Positions 12,536 through 26,564 of a DNA stretch of 64,000 nucleotides are shown here, piece after piece (the first letter of the stretch is position 1; every line of letters begins with the position of its first letter). A program made the position numbers and the translations under genes. The notes beneath the pieces are model-generated. The model was not told where the DNA came from, did not search any database, and saw only the letters and a program-made list of their open reading frames with translations. The stretch is taken from contig OX597816.1 in NCBI GenBank assembly GCA_951406725.2, positions 19,158,001 through 19,222,000 on the forward strand, given 5' to 3'. Origin of the DNA: Octopus vulgaris (Eukaryota).

Positions 12536-13468
12536 ATATTTATTTGGTGGATTTAGATTTATCCCAGACTATTCGTTATAGCATGTATGCAGAGTTTTCA
12601 ACAGCTTTTAATTTTCTACTGTGTTATAAACTTAGATTCTCATAACAATATTTACAAATAATAGAATCACCTATCTTTGTAAAATTAACAACAGATGTAG
12701 AAAAAATGAGGATAATGGCGGTGGTGGTGGTGGTGGTGGTGGTGGTGGCGATGATGATGTTGATATTGATGATTATAAGAAATATAACAATTATAAAAAT
12801 TCTATTTAATTAACACAGGAGAGCAGACATTTTTAAAGAAGGGATTAAGTAAAGTACATTGAATATGGTATTTGACTAGTACTTTATTTTATCCCTAAAT
12901 GGTGGAAGGTAAAATCGTGCTCAGCAGGATTTGTATTGGAAAGCCAGAAAGATTGCTGCGAATAAATTTTGTCCTGACTACTGACGGGGTGTAGAGGTAG
13001 GCATTTTTATCTGCTTGGGACTTAGGCGAACATGTTGAGAAGTGAACCGGATTGGAGGGATTGGAGACAAAGACCTACTTGTTCCGATGGCCAGGTCTGA
13101 CATACTTTTCAGACTAGAAAGGCAGCAGTTTGAAAGCATCTACGTCAGTGGAGGGGCTGAGCGAGGTTGTGTATGGTATCCACGAGAAGCGCTATATGGG
13201 AGTTACTTGGAATCTGAAAGGATTTTCTTCATTTTGTAATTCTATTTTATTTTAACGTTCGTTTTTTTTTTCTGGCTAACATTTTCGCTTACAGGGTGTA
13301 AACCAACGGTATATAATTCTTCTCGTCGTTTCCACAGATTTTTCGCGACCGTAAAACCCTGTAAAATTAATAGTATTTTCATTGGTAGTAGTAATAGTCT
13401 TGGTCGTTGTGGTTGTAATATGATTTTCATTAAGTTATGACATCTGGATACGCGTGTGAAAATTGTCC

Positions 13469-13700
13469 TTCTTTTACTCTTTTACTTGTTTCAGTCATTT
13501 GACTGCGACCATGCTGGGGCACCGCCTTTAGTCGGGCAAATCGACCCCAGGACTTATTCTTTGTAAGCCTAGTACTTATTCTTTCGGTATCTTTTGCCGA
13601 ACCGTTACGTTACGTGGACATAAACATACCGGCATTGGTTGTCAAGTGATGTTGGGGGGGGGGGCAATACAGACACACAAACATATGCGCATACACATAA

Positions 13701-13781
<81 letters not shown>

Positions 13782-13940
13782 TAAGTCTGGATTCTTTCAG
13801 TTTCCATCTACAAATACACTCACAAGGCTTTGTTCGACCCGAGTGTATAGAAGAAGTCACTTGCCCAAGATACCACGCAGTGGGACTGAACCCGGAACCA
13901 TGTGGTTGGGAAGCAAGCTACTTACAACACAGCCACTCCT
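13469..13940 (-). mobile_element. SINE group A, full length
   Basis: tRNA-like head at 13880-13940, internal (CA)n(TA)n, (AAAAGAGT)n tail. Confidence 0.9.
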
Positions 13941-14160
13941 TTACCCTGTGTATTCTATTGAGTGTTTCTCTCTTCAATGAGTGTAACTCCAAGTTAAGAA
14001 TCATAATTTACAGCGCATACCGATAGGAGATGAAACCATCTTTACTAATTATTGTTTCTCCGTTTCCAGGAACCTAGAAATAAATTTACGTTCTATACAA
14101 ACAGTAGAATATTAATTTTTATATTTCGGTATGGTCATTTTTTGATTTTTGCCAAATTAG

Positions 14161-14720
14161 CACACGCCCTGTATATTCCTTCTTCACTTGTTTATTAGTG
14201 TTCTAATTTAGTATTATGCCCATTGTCCGGAAATATTTCGTCATGTATCTGCGACCTCTTCAGAGGACCTCTTTTCGCCCACTTGTGTTTTCCAGATCCA
14301 CTTAATCCATTCTTCAAAGATTTCCGGACAATAGATATAAAATAATATAAGAACAGTAATAAACAAGTGAATATGTAGTGCGTGTGTTTTTTTGGCCAAA
14401 AAAAAAAAGAAAATCGGTCTCCCATATGACCTCTGCTGCCACTAGCGAAAGCCGGTCAGGGTCCTCAGTGAAGGATAGAATCTCTTCTCTCCGGCCTTTC
14501 TTTTAAACTTCTTCACAAAATTTTGCAACGACCCTTCCTTATGGAATAAGATCCCAAATTCCTCAATCTTGGCATGGGAAGGGCCTACCATTTCTACCTT
14601 TGGTGGCACAACTCCCTGGTCCACTTAATCCATTATCCAAAGATTTCCAGACAATGGATATGACATAATAATAAGAACAGCAATAAACAAGTGAAGAACG
14701 AATAGATAGTGCGTGTGTGT
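14161..14720. mobile_element. PLE remnant: one HHR-bearing pLTR piece (-) and two inverted partial copies (+)
   Basis: 14161-14235 is inverted relative to the direct repeats at ~14295-14390 and ~14619-14720 (..gatttccggacaat..aataaacaagtgaa..gcgtgtg). Confidence 0.6.
14225..14268 (-). ncRNA. Minimal type I hammerhead ribozyme, canonical core
   Basis: Minus strand GTCC-T-CTGAAGA-G-GTC-gcagatacat-GAC-GAAA-TATT-TC-C-GGAC. Confidence 0.65.
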
Positions 14721-15284
14721 TATTAGGAAAACAAATAAAGAAAACTGACCAGCCCGAAATGTAACATCATCTGTTTCAACACATGGTTTCATATCAGGAA
14801 TCTTGCTATAAAGAATATTAATTAATATTACATATGCTGCTTACAAATATCATTAATACGTTAATCATCTAGAAACCATATTTTTCTCTTATCGATATAT
14901 AATATCCGTACCCATTTAGGATAATGCATTTGAGATACTAATTCTGTTATATTACATAATGTAATCGCTTTAATCATGCAATCACTTAATAATATATAGA
15001 GCAATCATTCATATATATGTGACTGTGATTATTAATATTAGATATAGCTGCAATGTAAATATTTTTATTTAAATTGATTATTGAATCAGTAATTCATTTT
15101 GTAATTCGTCGATTACTCTTGAAAAAAAAACCCACTTGAATATATAGAAAATTAAGTCCATTACATTTCAAATATTGTATACTTATGTTGAAAGACATAT
15201 AAACACATCCAAACACAAATATACTAATTTCTCTCTCCCTCTCTCTCACCATTTCCGTCTGTCTCTCTTTATCTATCTACCTAG

Positions 15285-15322
15285 CTAATATATATATGTA
15301 TATATATATATATATGTGTGTG

Positions 15323-15402
<80 letters not shown>

Positions 15403-15540
15403 TATATATATATACATATATGTATGTGTATATATGCATACATACATAGATATACATACATACATACATACATACATACATACATACATACATACATACA
15501 TACATACATAAATACATACGTACATATATATATATGTATA
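15285..15540. repeat. (TA)n/(TACA)n microsatellite
   Basis: Visible directly. Confidence 0.95.
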
Positions 15541-17018
15541 TGCGAGAGTGCATTAGAAGATACCTGCACAAGATGCGACGCAGTGCGAATGAAACTTAAC
15601 AATCACATAGTTCCGAGTTCAGACCTGCTGCGTGGCACTGTTCCTCATTTATGTACGTTGTGATTCATATGATACATTTATTCCGTGACTTCCAATAGCG
15701 AGGACACAATGTCAACGAACCATATGATTACTGCAATGACTAAAAATTACTATAAATGACTGTTGCTTGCCACACTTTCGGATCGAAAGGCTTATATTAT
15801 TCATATATATATATATATATATGAACAATATAAGCGTATGTGTTTTTGCTTGTTTGCTTGTGTGTGTGTGTGTGAATGTGTGTGCGTGAGTGTGTGTGTG
15901 GGAGTGTGTAGTATATATGTATATTTATGTGTCACTGTCCGAGTTTGACTGGATATGTCTGCGTGTGTTTATCTATTTAAGTATGTGTTTATGAGCGTGT
16001 GAGCTGGTATACGTATATACATCACAATACTCAGCTCAAGAGATACAGAAATATGTAACATCAACCATCAAAGTATTTCCTTATTGAAGAAACCACCTTA
16101 CGAATCTCAAAATTCCACATGGAGATAGAAAGAAGACTTATAGTTAAAATCAACCAGAATCCTTCAAAAATCATTTGCCGGTGCAAAATTAATTTACTAA
16201 AGGCTTTACTCAAATGTGTCTTCACAACTACAGAACATACAATTTTCTTGCCATAGATTAAAAGCAGGACATATTGCCATTGAAGGTCATTCATATTTCA
16301 CTATTTGGTAGAGAGAAGCAAAGCTATTCTCCACGCAATATAGTCCATACGTCTAGAAACGCGTTTGCGATATCGTTGAACACAGTTTTCGAATTCTGAT
16401 TTATAACGTTTAGGTGAGACGCGTTGTACGCACTACTGCATAACTGAGAAAAAAATGAAATAGTTTTATGCAATTATTTTTCGTATCAATAATACGAATA
16501 GCTTATATAAATAGCTACAGAATATTCTCGAATATAATTGCTTCATGAAGAGATTACTTCAATCTTACAATGCTATTTTCCATATAAAATGAATGTAATC
16601 GAATTCCAGGAGTGAGACTTATAGGAATCAAAGGTTGACAATGCTGGTCAGCCGGATTCAAATAAATCAGCCGTATGTACCTTTACTCGCATTGGTTTAT
16701 GGATCGCTTCGTTAATGTTGGAGATGTGTAATGATAGATCGACATCTTCCCGCAAATGTTTGGCTTTAATACTGTTTAATAATTATAAAAGCATGCCAGA
16801 CCTATTTATCATTCACACATCTAATTTCTGTGTCACAATTGGATATTAGAGGCCAACAGCAGAATGTGCTAACAATATATAGGCATCGTCCTATCATCAG
16901 TTATATTAAATTTCCAGGTTAATATTCACTCCGTATGAAGAATTTATATACATAACTTTACTCATAACCAAATATATGTTCATATATATATATATATATC
17001 TATCTATATATATATCTA

Positions 17019-17077
<59 letters not shown>

Positions 17078-17086
17078 GCAGATATA

Positions 17087-17415
17087 AGCGCAGGCGTGAC
17101 TGTGTGGTAAGTGGCTTGCTTACCAACCACACGGTTCCGGGTTCAGTCTCACTGCGTGGCACCTTGGGCAGTGACTTGTGAGTGGATTTGGTAGACGGAA
17201 AATGAAAGAAGCCCACCGTATATATGTATATGTATATATATGAGTGTGTGTTTGTGTGTCTGTGTTTATCTTCCCCAACATCGCTTGACAAGCGATGCTG
17301 GTGTGTTTAAGTCAATGTAAAAAAGACCGATAGAATAAGTACTAGAATCACAAAGAATAAGTCCTGGGGTCGATTTCCTTGACTAAACGCGGTGTAACAA
17401 GTAAAAGAATAAAAG
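17087..17415 (+). mobile_element. SINE group A with internal deletions
   Basis: GGCGTGACTGTGTGGTAAG..GGTTCAGTCTCACTGCGTGGCACCTTGGGCA head, followed by the group A tail. Confidence 0.85.
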
Positions 17416-17422
17416 GATATAA

Positions 17423-17484
<62 letters not shown>

Positions 17485-19079
17485 ACACTTATATATATGC
17501 ATCTGTATATATTGCATATTTACATATGTACAGATGCATATATGCATGATTATGAATGTATGAATGCATGCATATATTTATGTGTATATGTGTGTATGTG
17601 ATATGTACCTGTGTATGCGTATATCAACCTATGGGAAAGCGGTGGTGCAAGTATTTGTGACTACGAATGTGTGTTTATACTGTATATTTTGACGTTATTT
17701 ATCTCATAACTCTTCAAATCCAAACAGGGTTACCAAGATACATATTTAAAGATTTATGTATCCAATGCTGTGTCTCTGGAGAGTCATTTTCTTTCTTATA
17801 ATATAACACACGCACCGGTAAGATTTCCACTTTTTTCTTATTTTTATTTTCCTAAAATTTTCGTTGCGTCTTGCAACCTTTTCAATAGTGAGGCACAAAA
17901 AGAAAATGACTCTCCCCAGACACAAAAGAATATGCTTCAACACACGAACTCATATAAATAGTCTTGCAAACCAAATCCAAAAACGAAATGTATCCATTGT
18001 ATTTATTAAATTCTGAATTCCCTTCTTGTAACGAATTTTCGAAAGCCATTTTATATTTGCATTTGTATTTTTGTATATATATATATTTTTTTTTTTATAA
18101 ATAGTTAATAGTTTTGAATAGGATTTAAATTTTCCACAAACCATAATTTCTGTGATCCCGAAATTGTAAATCTTCTGAGCTACTGTTTGATAAGTTTTCT
18201 GTTTAATTGTGGTTAATTAAAATTTCATTTATTTTATTGACTTTTGCTGTCTTTTATTAAATTGTTTCCTTATATAAAGGCGCTAATCTTTTCAATCAGC
18301 ATGTTAGAGATTACGATTGTTTGTTTACATAATAAGATATTTATTCTAATTTGAAAATGATGTTTGTCTATACTTATGACGGACTTAATTGTCATCACCA
18401 TTTATCTCTTCAAAATCATTAGATTTATAAACATACATATAAATAAGTCTTATCTTTACATCAGTCATCATTACATATGCGATCAGTTATGTGTTTGTTG
18501 CAAATGTCAACATTATGATTGTTATCGTCAGAATTATAAATATTACCGGAAGTATTCGCTTGCTCATGAATAGCACATCTAAACCATCATAGTAAATATT
18601 TATAACATCATTGTGTTTCCTGTCATCATTTGCTTTCAAATTTTCGTTGCCACTCACGAGCTCTTCCTTATCACCACATTTCTCTTCCTCCATCTTCTTC
18701 TCCCCCTCTTCCTTCTTTTCGGCCCCACCTCCACCTCCTCCTTCTTCTTCTCCTCATCATTTGTATAATATTTCACTTCTGATATAGCATAATTCTTTTC
18801 GATCATATACACTTTAACATAGTGGTAATTGAACGAAAATTCCCTAATTTTCATATGGTAAAAGACATCCGGTCTAAACAAATATAACAGGCTAAGATTA
18901 ATTCATAGTTTCCCTATAGAATGCTGACATATCAGACGATGAGACTATCCTCATAATTTCCGTTTAAATATCGAGCCACTGATAAATGATTGTCATTATG
19001 TCCTTGGCGAAGCATATTATGCTGAATTAGTCTCCAGTTGTGAAACGTTGGCGAGTGAAAACACAGACGCAAACATGCA

Positions 19080-19108
19080 CGCAAACACACACACACACAC
19101 ACACATAA

Positions 19109-19168
<60 letters not shown>

Positions 19169-19482
19169 TGAGGGAATGTTAAATATATATAAACCACGAT
19201 TTATTAGTGATCAGAGGCGTTCTTAAACTGAGGTACTACTTTATGTATGTATGTATGTATGTATGTATGTATGTATGTATGTATGTATGTATGTATGTAT
19301 GCATGTATGTATGTGTGTATATATATATATGTGTATATACATATGTATATATATATAGATATACAAATATATATATATATATATATATAGATATATATAT
19401 ATATGTATGTATATATATGTATATATATATTTATATATACAACTAAAGGAAACCTACACACACAGAAATATGTATACATACA

Positions 19483-19561
<79 letters not shown>

Positions 19562-19620
19562 ACATATATAAATACATACATAAATATGTATGTATGTATT
19601 ATGTATGATTTATGTATGTA
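19080..19620. repeat. Compound (CA)/(TA)/(GA)/(TATG) microsatellites
   Basis: Visible directly. Confidence 0.95.
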
Positions 19621-20749
19621 AGTATACACCAACGCGGTGGGTCTGGTTCAGTTCCCGTCTACGCAATACATTTTATTCACAAGGCTCTTGTTAGCCTCAG
19701 GCAGTTTAGTGAATAGAAATAACATTTCCATATATTAGAAGAAAACATTTCCCATAGATGAATCAGTTTAACATCTCTAACACAACTTGAATTTCAGTTT
19801 TTTGGGAGTATGCAACCGTTAAGTGTCATTGTCAAAATGACATATTGAAACAAACTAAGAACATGTTTCCTTCGATATTACCATATCAAATATTTACATT
19901 TGCAAGTAGTTTGAAAAAGCTTCCTCACTTTCCCTAACTCTAGGAGACTTCGCTAGGGAGAACGGTACATTTTCAATTTATGAATATCCTCTCTACTTGG
20001 AATATTATCCAACATATTTTTCTATCGTATTCTTTCCACTGTTGTCAACCCTTTATATTTCTTTTATTTCAGTTAAAATTTTTATGTTTTATGATTTTTT
20101 ATATTATCTTGAGCAAGCATGTACAAACCCATATACGTATCTGAACCTGCGCACACACTACTGCTCATACACACACACACACCTTTTTATATCCTACACT
20201 CACCACACCGGGCATACATATACACGCACACGGAATCTCATACGTACACACACACTTGCAGAAGATTTCACATAAACTCATACACACACACACAAGCACA
20301 GACGTTCACATTGAGCGTCACCCACGCACTCGCAACGCATCACCTCCCATCTTTAACCCCCAATCGTCCCCTTCATATTTCACTACTGCAACAAACCTGC
20401 TCTCATCACTTCAATAAAAATGCATCACTCACACAAACACAAACACACAGGCACACCACATATTATACTATTCCAGCACGCTACTCGCAACAAGCAACAT
20501 TGCGCATGCGCGCGCACACGAAAGCATTTGCATATACACACATATACACTCTTCACATGCAAGCATCCTCCGTACAAACTCACACACTCAACAATGCGCA
20601 CACTCGCAACGACCATTTTTGCACTCTGCTGCTGCTTTCAGAAACAAATATTCCCCATTTCTCTTCAATTTCCGCTTAGTTATTTTCCGATGATAAAACG
20701 ACAAACGCCGTATTCTCCGACTGTACTATATGATCTTCCATTCTTTTCT

Positions 20750-20782
20750 TTATCCCGACGAAGAACCGCGCTCGAAAAGACA
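20750..20782 (+). ncRNA. Decayed HHR-like motif (CCGACGA core)
   Basis: CCGACGA-AGAAC-CGC-GCTC-GAAA. Motif and downstream cgtcaaata..ctttaa match 41174-41250. It follows a CA-rich tract (20140-20610), like the large PLE UTR. Confidence 0.45.
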
Positions 20783-21014
20783 TTTTTCCCACCTATTTTC
20801 CCGTCAAATACTTTAAGTCAACTTCAGTGCAATACATTCATTGTTCACGTGCATATGCGTGTGCGTGTGCGTGCGTGTGTATGTGCTTGTGTGGTGTATG
20901 CGCTCACACGAGTTTGTGTTTGTAAGATATTTCAAATTCTAAACGCAAATTCACTGCAGTATCCGTGACGAAATATTCCTCTCTTATTGAAAAATTGTGG
21001 GAAAACACCATATG

Positions 21015-21245
21015 TGCGGCGAGCTGGCAGAAACGTTGGCACGCCGGGCGAAATTCTTAGCCGTATATCGTCTGTCGTTACGTTCCGAGTTCAAATTCCG
21101 CCGAGGTCGACTTTGCCTTTCATCCATTCGGGGTCGATAAATTAAGTACCAGTTACGCACTGGGGTCGATGTAGTCGACTTAATCCCTTTGTCTGTCCTT
21201 GTGTGTCCCCTCTGTGTTTAGCCCCTTGTGGGTAGTAAAGAAATA
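21015..21245 (+). mobile_element. SINE group B
   Basis: Full monomer with short catatgtgc flanking repeat. Confidence 0.9.
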
Positions 21246-23318
21246 TTCATATGTGCCACTTGTTGCCTCTGTCAGAATCCCAGAGGAAATATTTCTAGTT
21301 CTTTAGACATTATCAATGGGAAATAGCGATAAGAAATAACGTTGTGTAGTTTTAAAGCCGTAACTTCAGCTAAAAAAGTAGTCAAGAACATTATTAGACC
21401 GCCAGGTCCGAAGAAATTCAACAGTATCGCCATTAACCAACGTTTGGCGATAAGCGAAATTTAGGTTTGCTAAAATATGTTTGTGATACATTTCAAATTC
21501 CGATGGCAAATTAACTGACTTTACCGTAGAGTAAACAATTCTCTCAGAAGTTAAAAGTTGTAAAGCCACTATAACTGCCTAGAGTCGCCTGCTGACGGAT
21601 TCTCAGACGCAGCGTTTTTAGTTTTTTTTGCCGTATCACTGGGAAATACGGAACACAGGTAACTCTGGACAGGTTTAACTACTGTCGGGAGTTTTGAAGC
21701 ATTGATAATCGATAAAGAGGTAGAAACGTTGCGCCTAGGAAACCGAGGGGCAGTAATACTGGGCCAATATGGTGCTTTTACACTTTTCCCTATAAGGGAG
21801 AACGTCTTCTTTTGCTTTGTAACTGCGGTGTTTTTGCCTTTGGAAGTTGAAATGGTTCAAGGCTATATATATTATAACTATATATTTTAATAACTTATAG
21901 ATCACTTATACACGTACACACACACGCACTAACGCGTGGACACACACATACACATACAAACTCAAATACATACACTCAAAAGCACACACACACCTACAAA
22001 CACACGCACACATACAAACACACACACGCACGCAAACACACACAAACGCACGCATAGACACTTACACACACAAGCAAGCACACACACGCACTCACACAAA
22101 CAAAAATCGCACCCACACACGCATACACACATACACACATAGCGAATAGAGGAGATTGAGAGAATCTCCGTATACTGATAATTTAGACGCACTAAGCAAA
22201 TTTGAATTTACACTCCGAAATCTTTACTCCACTGACTTAGACCTTTGTAGAGTCTGAATCAGTTGAACTCTACAGACGCACGTTCGCACACAAACACACA
22301 CACACAAATATATATATGTTGGGTGAGAAAAGGATGTCACTTAAACGAAATGGTTTCGAAAGACCATGTACAATAGTTCTCTTAAATTTACAGATCGATA
22401 TATTCTGTTTCTCGTTTTGGTAGCAGCGAATTCATTATGTACGACGTTGCCATCTTACATGAAACACGTCAGAAATGAATTTTTTTTTAATACTCCAGTA
22501 TGAATATTCAATTAAAATTCCTGTAATATTCATTGCACTGAAATATTCACATCATTATAATTATTCTGAATCATATTTTCTGTAGAGATACCTCGTCTAC
22601 TTTCCGGTGTGGACATTAAGCAGGAATTTTGAAAGAAAACATCTGCGTTTACATTCACAATTTTTAGCATACGTCCTCATACATTTCACTTCTTTGTGCT
22701 ATTTGGAATAAAACGCTCGCTTTTACATAGCTCGTGATAATTGCCATGTGACAGACAATAGAAATATCTGAAAATAATTTGAATCACGAAAATGAGAAAA
22801 AAATGTAATTTATTAACACTATCGTATATCTCTTCATTATTTTATCGAACAGATGCTCTCTTTATATATTTCAATCTGTGAGTGTGTGTGGCTGTGTCTG
22901 TGTGTGTGTATGTGTTAGTGTGTATGTATGAGTGCTTGTGTATGCGTTCTATATGTATGTTAGAATTATTATTGTGTTTTGTCGATAGAAGGAATGCGCA
23001 GAATATGATGAAAGTTCAGTAGATTGTACATGTAGTGGGTCTGTGGAAATTGGTCATCTCAGAAATACATGTACATCGCATGTAGAAATATGAACGGAAT
23101 TTAATTGAAGAGGTACTTAGTTTAAAAATAGTAAAATGCAGAAGCATTTATATTATGTTAGTTCAAATATGTTACAATAGACATTCAATGCATTGGCTAA
23201 GACATTCTTCCAGCTTGGGCAATATAAATGCTAAATGAGTTTTATGGCGTATTCATGTATATCGCTAATATGCATGGATATCGATATATGATATATATAT
23301 ATATATATATATATATAT

Positions 23319-23690
23319 CTTACTCTTTTACTTGTTTCAGTCATGTGACTGTGGACATGCTGGAGCACCACCTTTAGTCGAGCAAATCGACCCCAGGACT
23401 TATCCTTTGTAAGCCTAGTACTTATTCTGTCAGTCTCTTTTGCTGAACCATTAAGTTACGGGGACGTAAATACACTAGCATCGGTTGTGAAGCGATGCTG
23501 GATGGGGGGCGGAGCAATCACAGACACAAACATATACGTACACATACCCATATATATCACACATATATATGTGTATGGTCGGTCCGGGCTATAGTAGCAG
23601 TCCCTTGCCCAAGGTGCCACGCGGTGGGACTGAACCCGGAATCATGTGGTTGGTAAGCAAGCTACTTACCACACAGCCACTCCTACGCCT
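23319..23690 (-). mobile_element. SINE group A
   Basis: Head AGGCGTAGGAGTGGCTGTGTGG on the minus strand and group A tail. Confidence 0.9.
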
Positions 23691-23698
23691 ATATATGT

Positions 23699-23743
<45 letters not shown>

Positions 23744-23776
23744 CATGTATATATATGCATATATATATACATATAT

Positions 23777-24009
23777 ATAGGGTTGGTGTATAACTATTGC
23801 GGTTCTTTTTCAACAAATTTTCTTCCACAAAAACAATAACATGTAACAAAATCATCTTTAAATGATTATTCTGGAGCATCTTCACCATTTATTTCAATTG
23901 CCTCTTCCCACTTGCTTGGCAGACGGTCAGACCGTCATTTAAATATGATTTTTATATATTGTTATTGTTTTTTGTTGAAAAGCCGCAATAAGAATGCACC
24001 AACCTAATA
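23777..24009 (-). mobile_element. Internally deleted mariner (MITE-like) with TIRs
   Basis: TIRs TAGGGTTGGTGTATAACTATTGCGG and revcomp TTAGGTTGGTGCATTCTTATTGCGG (mariner type). Minus strand keeps a transposase C-terminus-like RLPSKWEEAIEINGEDAPE*. Confidence 0.8.
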
Positions 24010-24153
24010 TATATGTGTGTTTGTGTATATATATATATATATTGGCCTGGTCGCTTAGCCAGCGGGGTGGCGTCATTCTAATGCTAAAACAATGTGAACG
24101 CATTGTGACCAGCGATGTGTAACTACATCTGATGGACTGGTTGGTCACATAAT

Positions 24154-24218
<65 letters not shown>

Positions 24219-24281
24219 AAACTTAGATATGTTTCGACCAAAGATTGGTCCAGGCCATGTCTAACTTAATAGCACCACCTG

Positions 24282-24323
<42 letters not shown>

Positions 24324-24324
24324 G

Positions 24325-24371
<47 letters not shown>

Positions 24372-24976
24372 CAAGGTAAGACTGGGGGACAGCCAAATGA
24401 GAGTGAGTGAGACATTTTTTAATATTTATTTCCATCACATTTTGTATGTCTTCTTAGCATAATGTAACCAGTATCTACGTTCAGACAAATATAGAAAAAA
24501 AATCCAGTTATTGACTCATATTCGGAGCCGTTTATATCTTTACATACTATTATTGGATTGGCTAGCGTAGTATAATTCCACGCCATATCGCGCTTCACCT
24601 ATCGCGGTTTATTATTTAAGCTTACGCCAATTCTTCCATGGTGTCGTTTTGCATTTATAATAAAATATATACAACTTATAAAAATATTAAAAAAATATAC
24701 AGTACAGTATTGTTTCTATTTCACAGATTTTCATCAATCACAGAGGTTATGGTTCGTTTCACCCGTGACAGACGAAGCATTAGTGTATTTACCCTCCTTT
24801 AATATCGTGTATAATTGTTATACTTCTTTGACGATTTTTAAGCTTTTATTTTATCTTCACTTTAATCTACAGTTTGTTTAAAACTTAATTCCGTTTCATC
24901 TGACCATTAAGATATAATGGTAAAATGTAGTCAAACTCTATTTATACTCAGTCTCTGCTTCTTTATGTATTTTGTA

Positions 24977-25324
24977 GGAGGCGCAATGGCCCAGTGGTTA
25001 GGGCAGCGGACTCGCGGTCATACGATCGCAGTTTCGATTCCAAAACCGGGCGTTGTGAGGCTCCGGCAGGGGATGGTGGTGATCCCTGCTGTACTCTTTC
25101 ACCGCAACTTTCCCTCACTCTTACTTTCTGCTTCTGTTGTACCTGTATTTAAAGGGGCCGGCCTTGTCACTCTCTGTGTCATGCTGAATATCCCCGAGAA
25201 CTACGTTAAGGCTGCACGTGTCTGTGGAGTGCTCAGCCACTTACACGTTAATTTCACGAGCCGGCTGTTACGTTGATTCGGATCAACCGGAACCCACGTC
25301 GTCGTAACCGACGGAGTGCTTCCA
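24977..25324 (+). mobile_element. tRNA-derived SINE group C (short internal deletion)
   Basis: GGAGGCGCAATGGCCCAGTGGTTAGGGCAGCGGACTCGCGGTC; near-identical to 52721-53101. Confidence 0.9.
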
Positions 25325-25935
25325 AAATGTATTTTGTATTTTGATGCTAATTTTATTTTGTTTGTCTTGAAACTGCTGAAAATGAAATGATATTTCGTAG
25401 CCGTTTTTGCAATGAGTGAAATGAAGAGGGGATCAAAGGAAGGAATTATTCACTCACTCATTTGAGAAGGTGCATCTAACACCATGGATGCAAAAGATAG
25501 CGTAGCATCACATCAATCTATTACCAGTTTTAAAAATATGTGGAAACAAATGTAGTGATTTCAAACGTGTACGTTTTTCATTTCAATTCTATCAGTTATC
25601 TAACATTATGTTTGTGGGTGTGTGAGTGTATGAGCGTGCTTGTGTGATTGTATACGTGCTTATGTGAATGTATGTGTATCCATCTACATAGTGCATGTGA
25701 GTGACTAAGTGGTCAACGTTATAAAGTTGCAAAATACGTACACTGAAGTCTAAGTTAAGAAGGTACAAATTGTGTTTTTTTTGTTTTTGCATTGAAACGA
25801 AGTCACATTCGTTTCGCGCCAAAGAATTTGAGATGAATGTCAAGCATACCAGTATCTTCTTAAAGGAATTTTGGTATTTAGAGACAAGTCATATATTTCT
25901 ATTCAAGTATATATGGATTATTTTCTCTATGTGTG

Positions 25936-26022
<87 letters not shown>

Positions 26023-26029
26023 CTTTTTT

Positions 26030-26366
26030 CTTTTCCCCCCTTCGGTCATGAATGACCATGGGATTGCACCTAGAAAGTTACCCTCCTAGACACAAGTCCG
26101 GGCAAGGTTGTTTATGGAAGACCAGCAGTCGCCCATGCATACCAGCCTCCCCTCTCCACGCCACCAGTGTTATCTAAGGGAAAGACAAAGGTCGATACAG
26201 CTTGGCACCTGTGACGTCGCAACTCATTTCTACAGCTGAGTGAACTGGAGCAACGTGAAATAAAGTGCCTTGCTCGAGAACACAACACGCAGCCCGGTCC
26301 GGGATTCGAGCTCACAACTTCACGATCGTAAGCTCGACGCTCTAACCACTGAGCCATGCGCCTTCA
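26030..26366 (-). mobile_element. tRNA-derived CORE-type SINE
   Basis: Minus head GGCGCATGGCTCAGTGGTTAGAGCG..GAGCTCGAATCCC, then CORE-like TTCTCGAGCAAGGCACTTTATTTCACGTTGCTCCAGTTCACTCAGCTGTAGAAATGAG. Confidence 0.85.
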
Positions 26367-26375
26367 CACACACAC

Positions 26376-26536
<161 letters not shown>

Positions 26537-26564
26537 TTGAGTTGTGGGGTATCGCACGAGTGGG

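Noticed and set aside
16334-16369. CGCA...TAG..CTA-GAAACGCGTT-TGCG, HHR-like
   Set aside because: The CUGANGA core is absent, so it cannot be separated from chance without homologues.
21380-21870. Higher-complexity stretch that could be an exon
   Set aside because: No convincing ORF, splice context or recognisable domain.
24977-25055. tRNA-like sequences (also 26290-26366, 52721-52800, 6950-7030)
   Set aside because: They are SINE heads that continue into shared SINE bodies; no complete acceptor stem.
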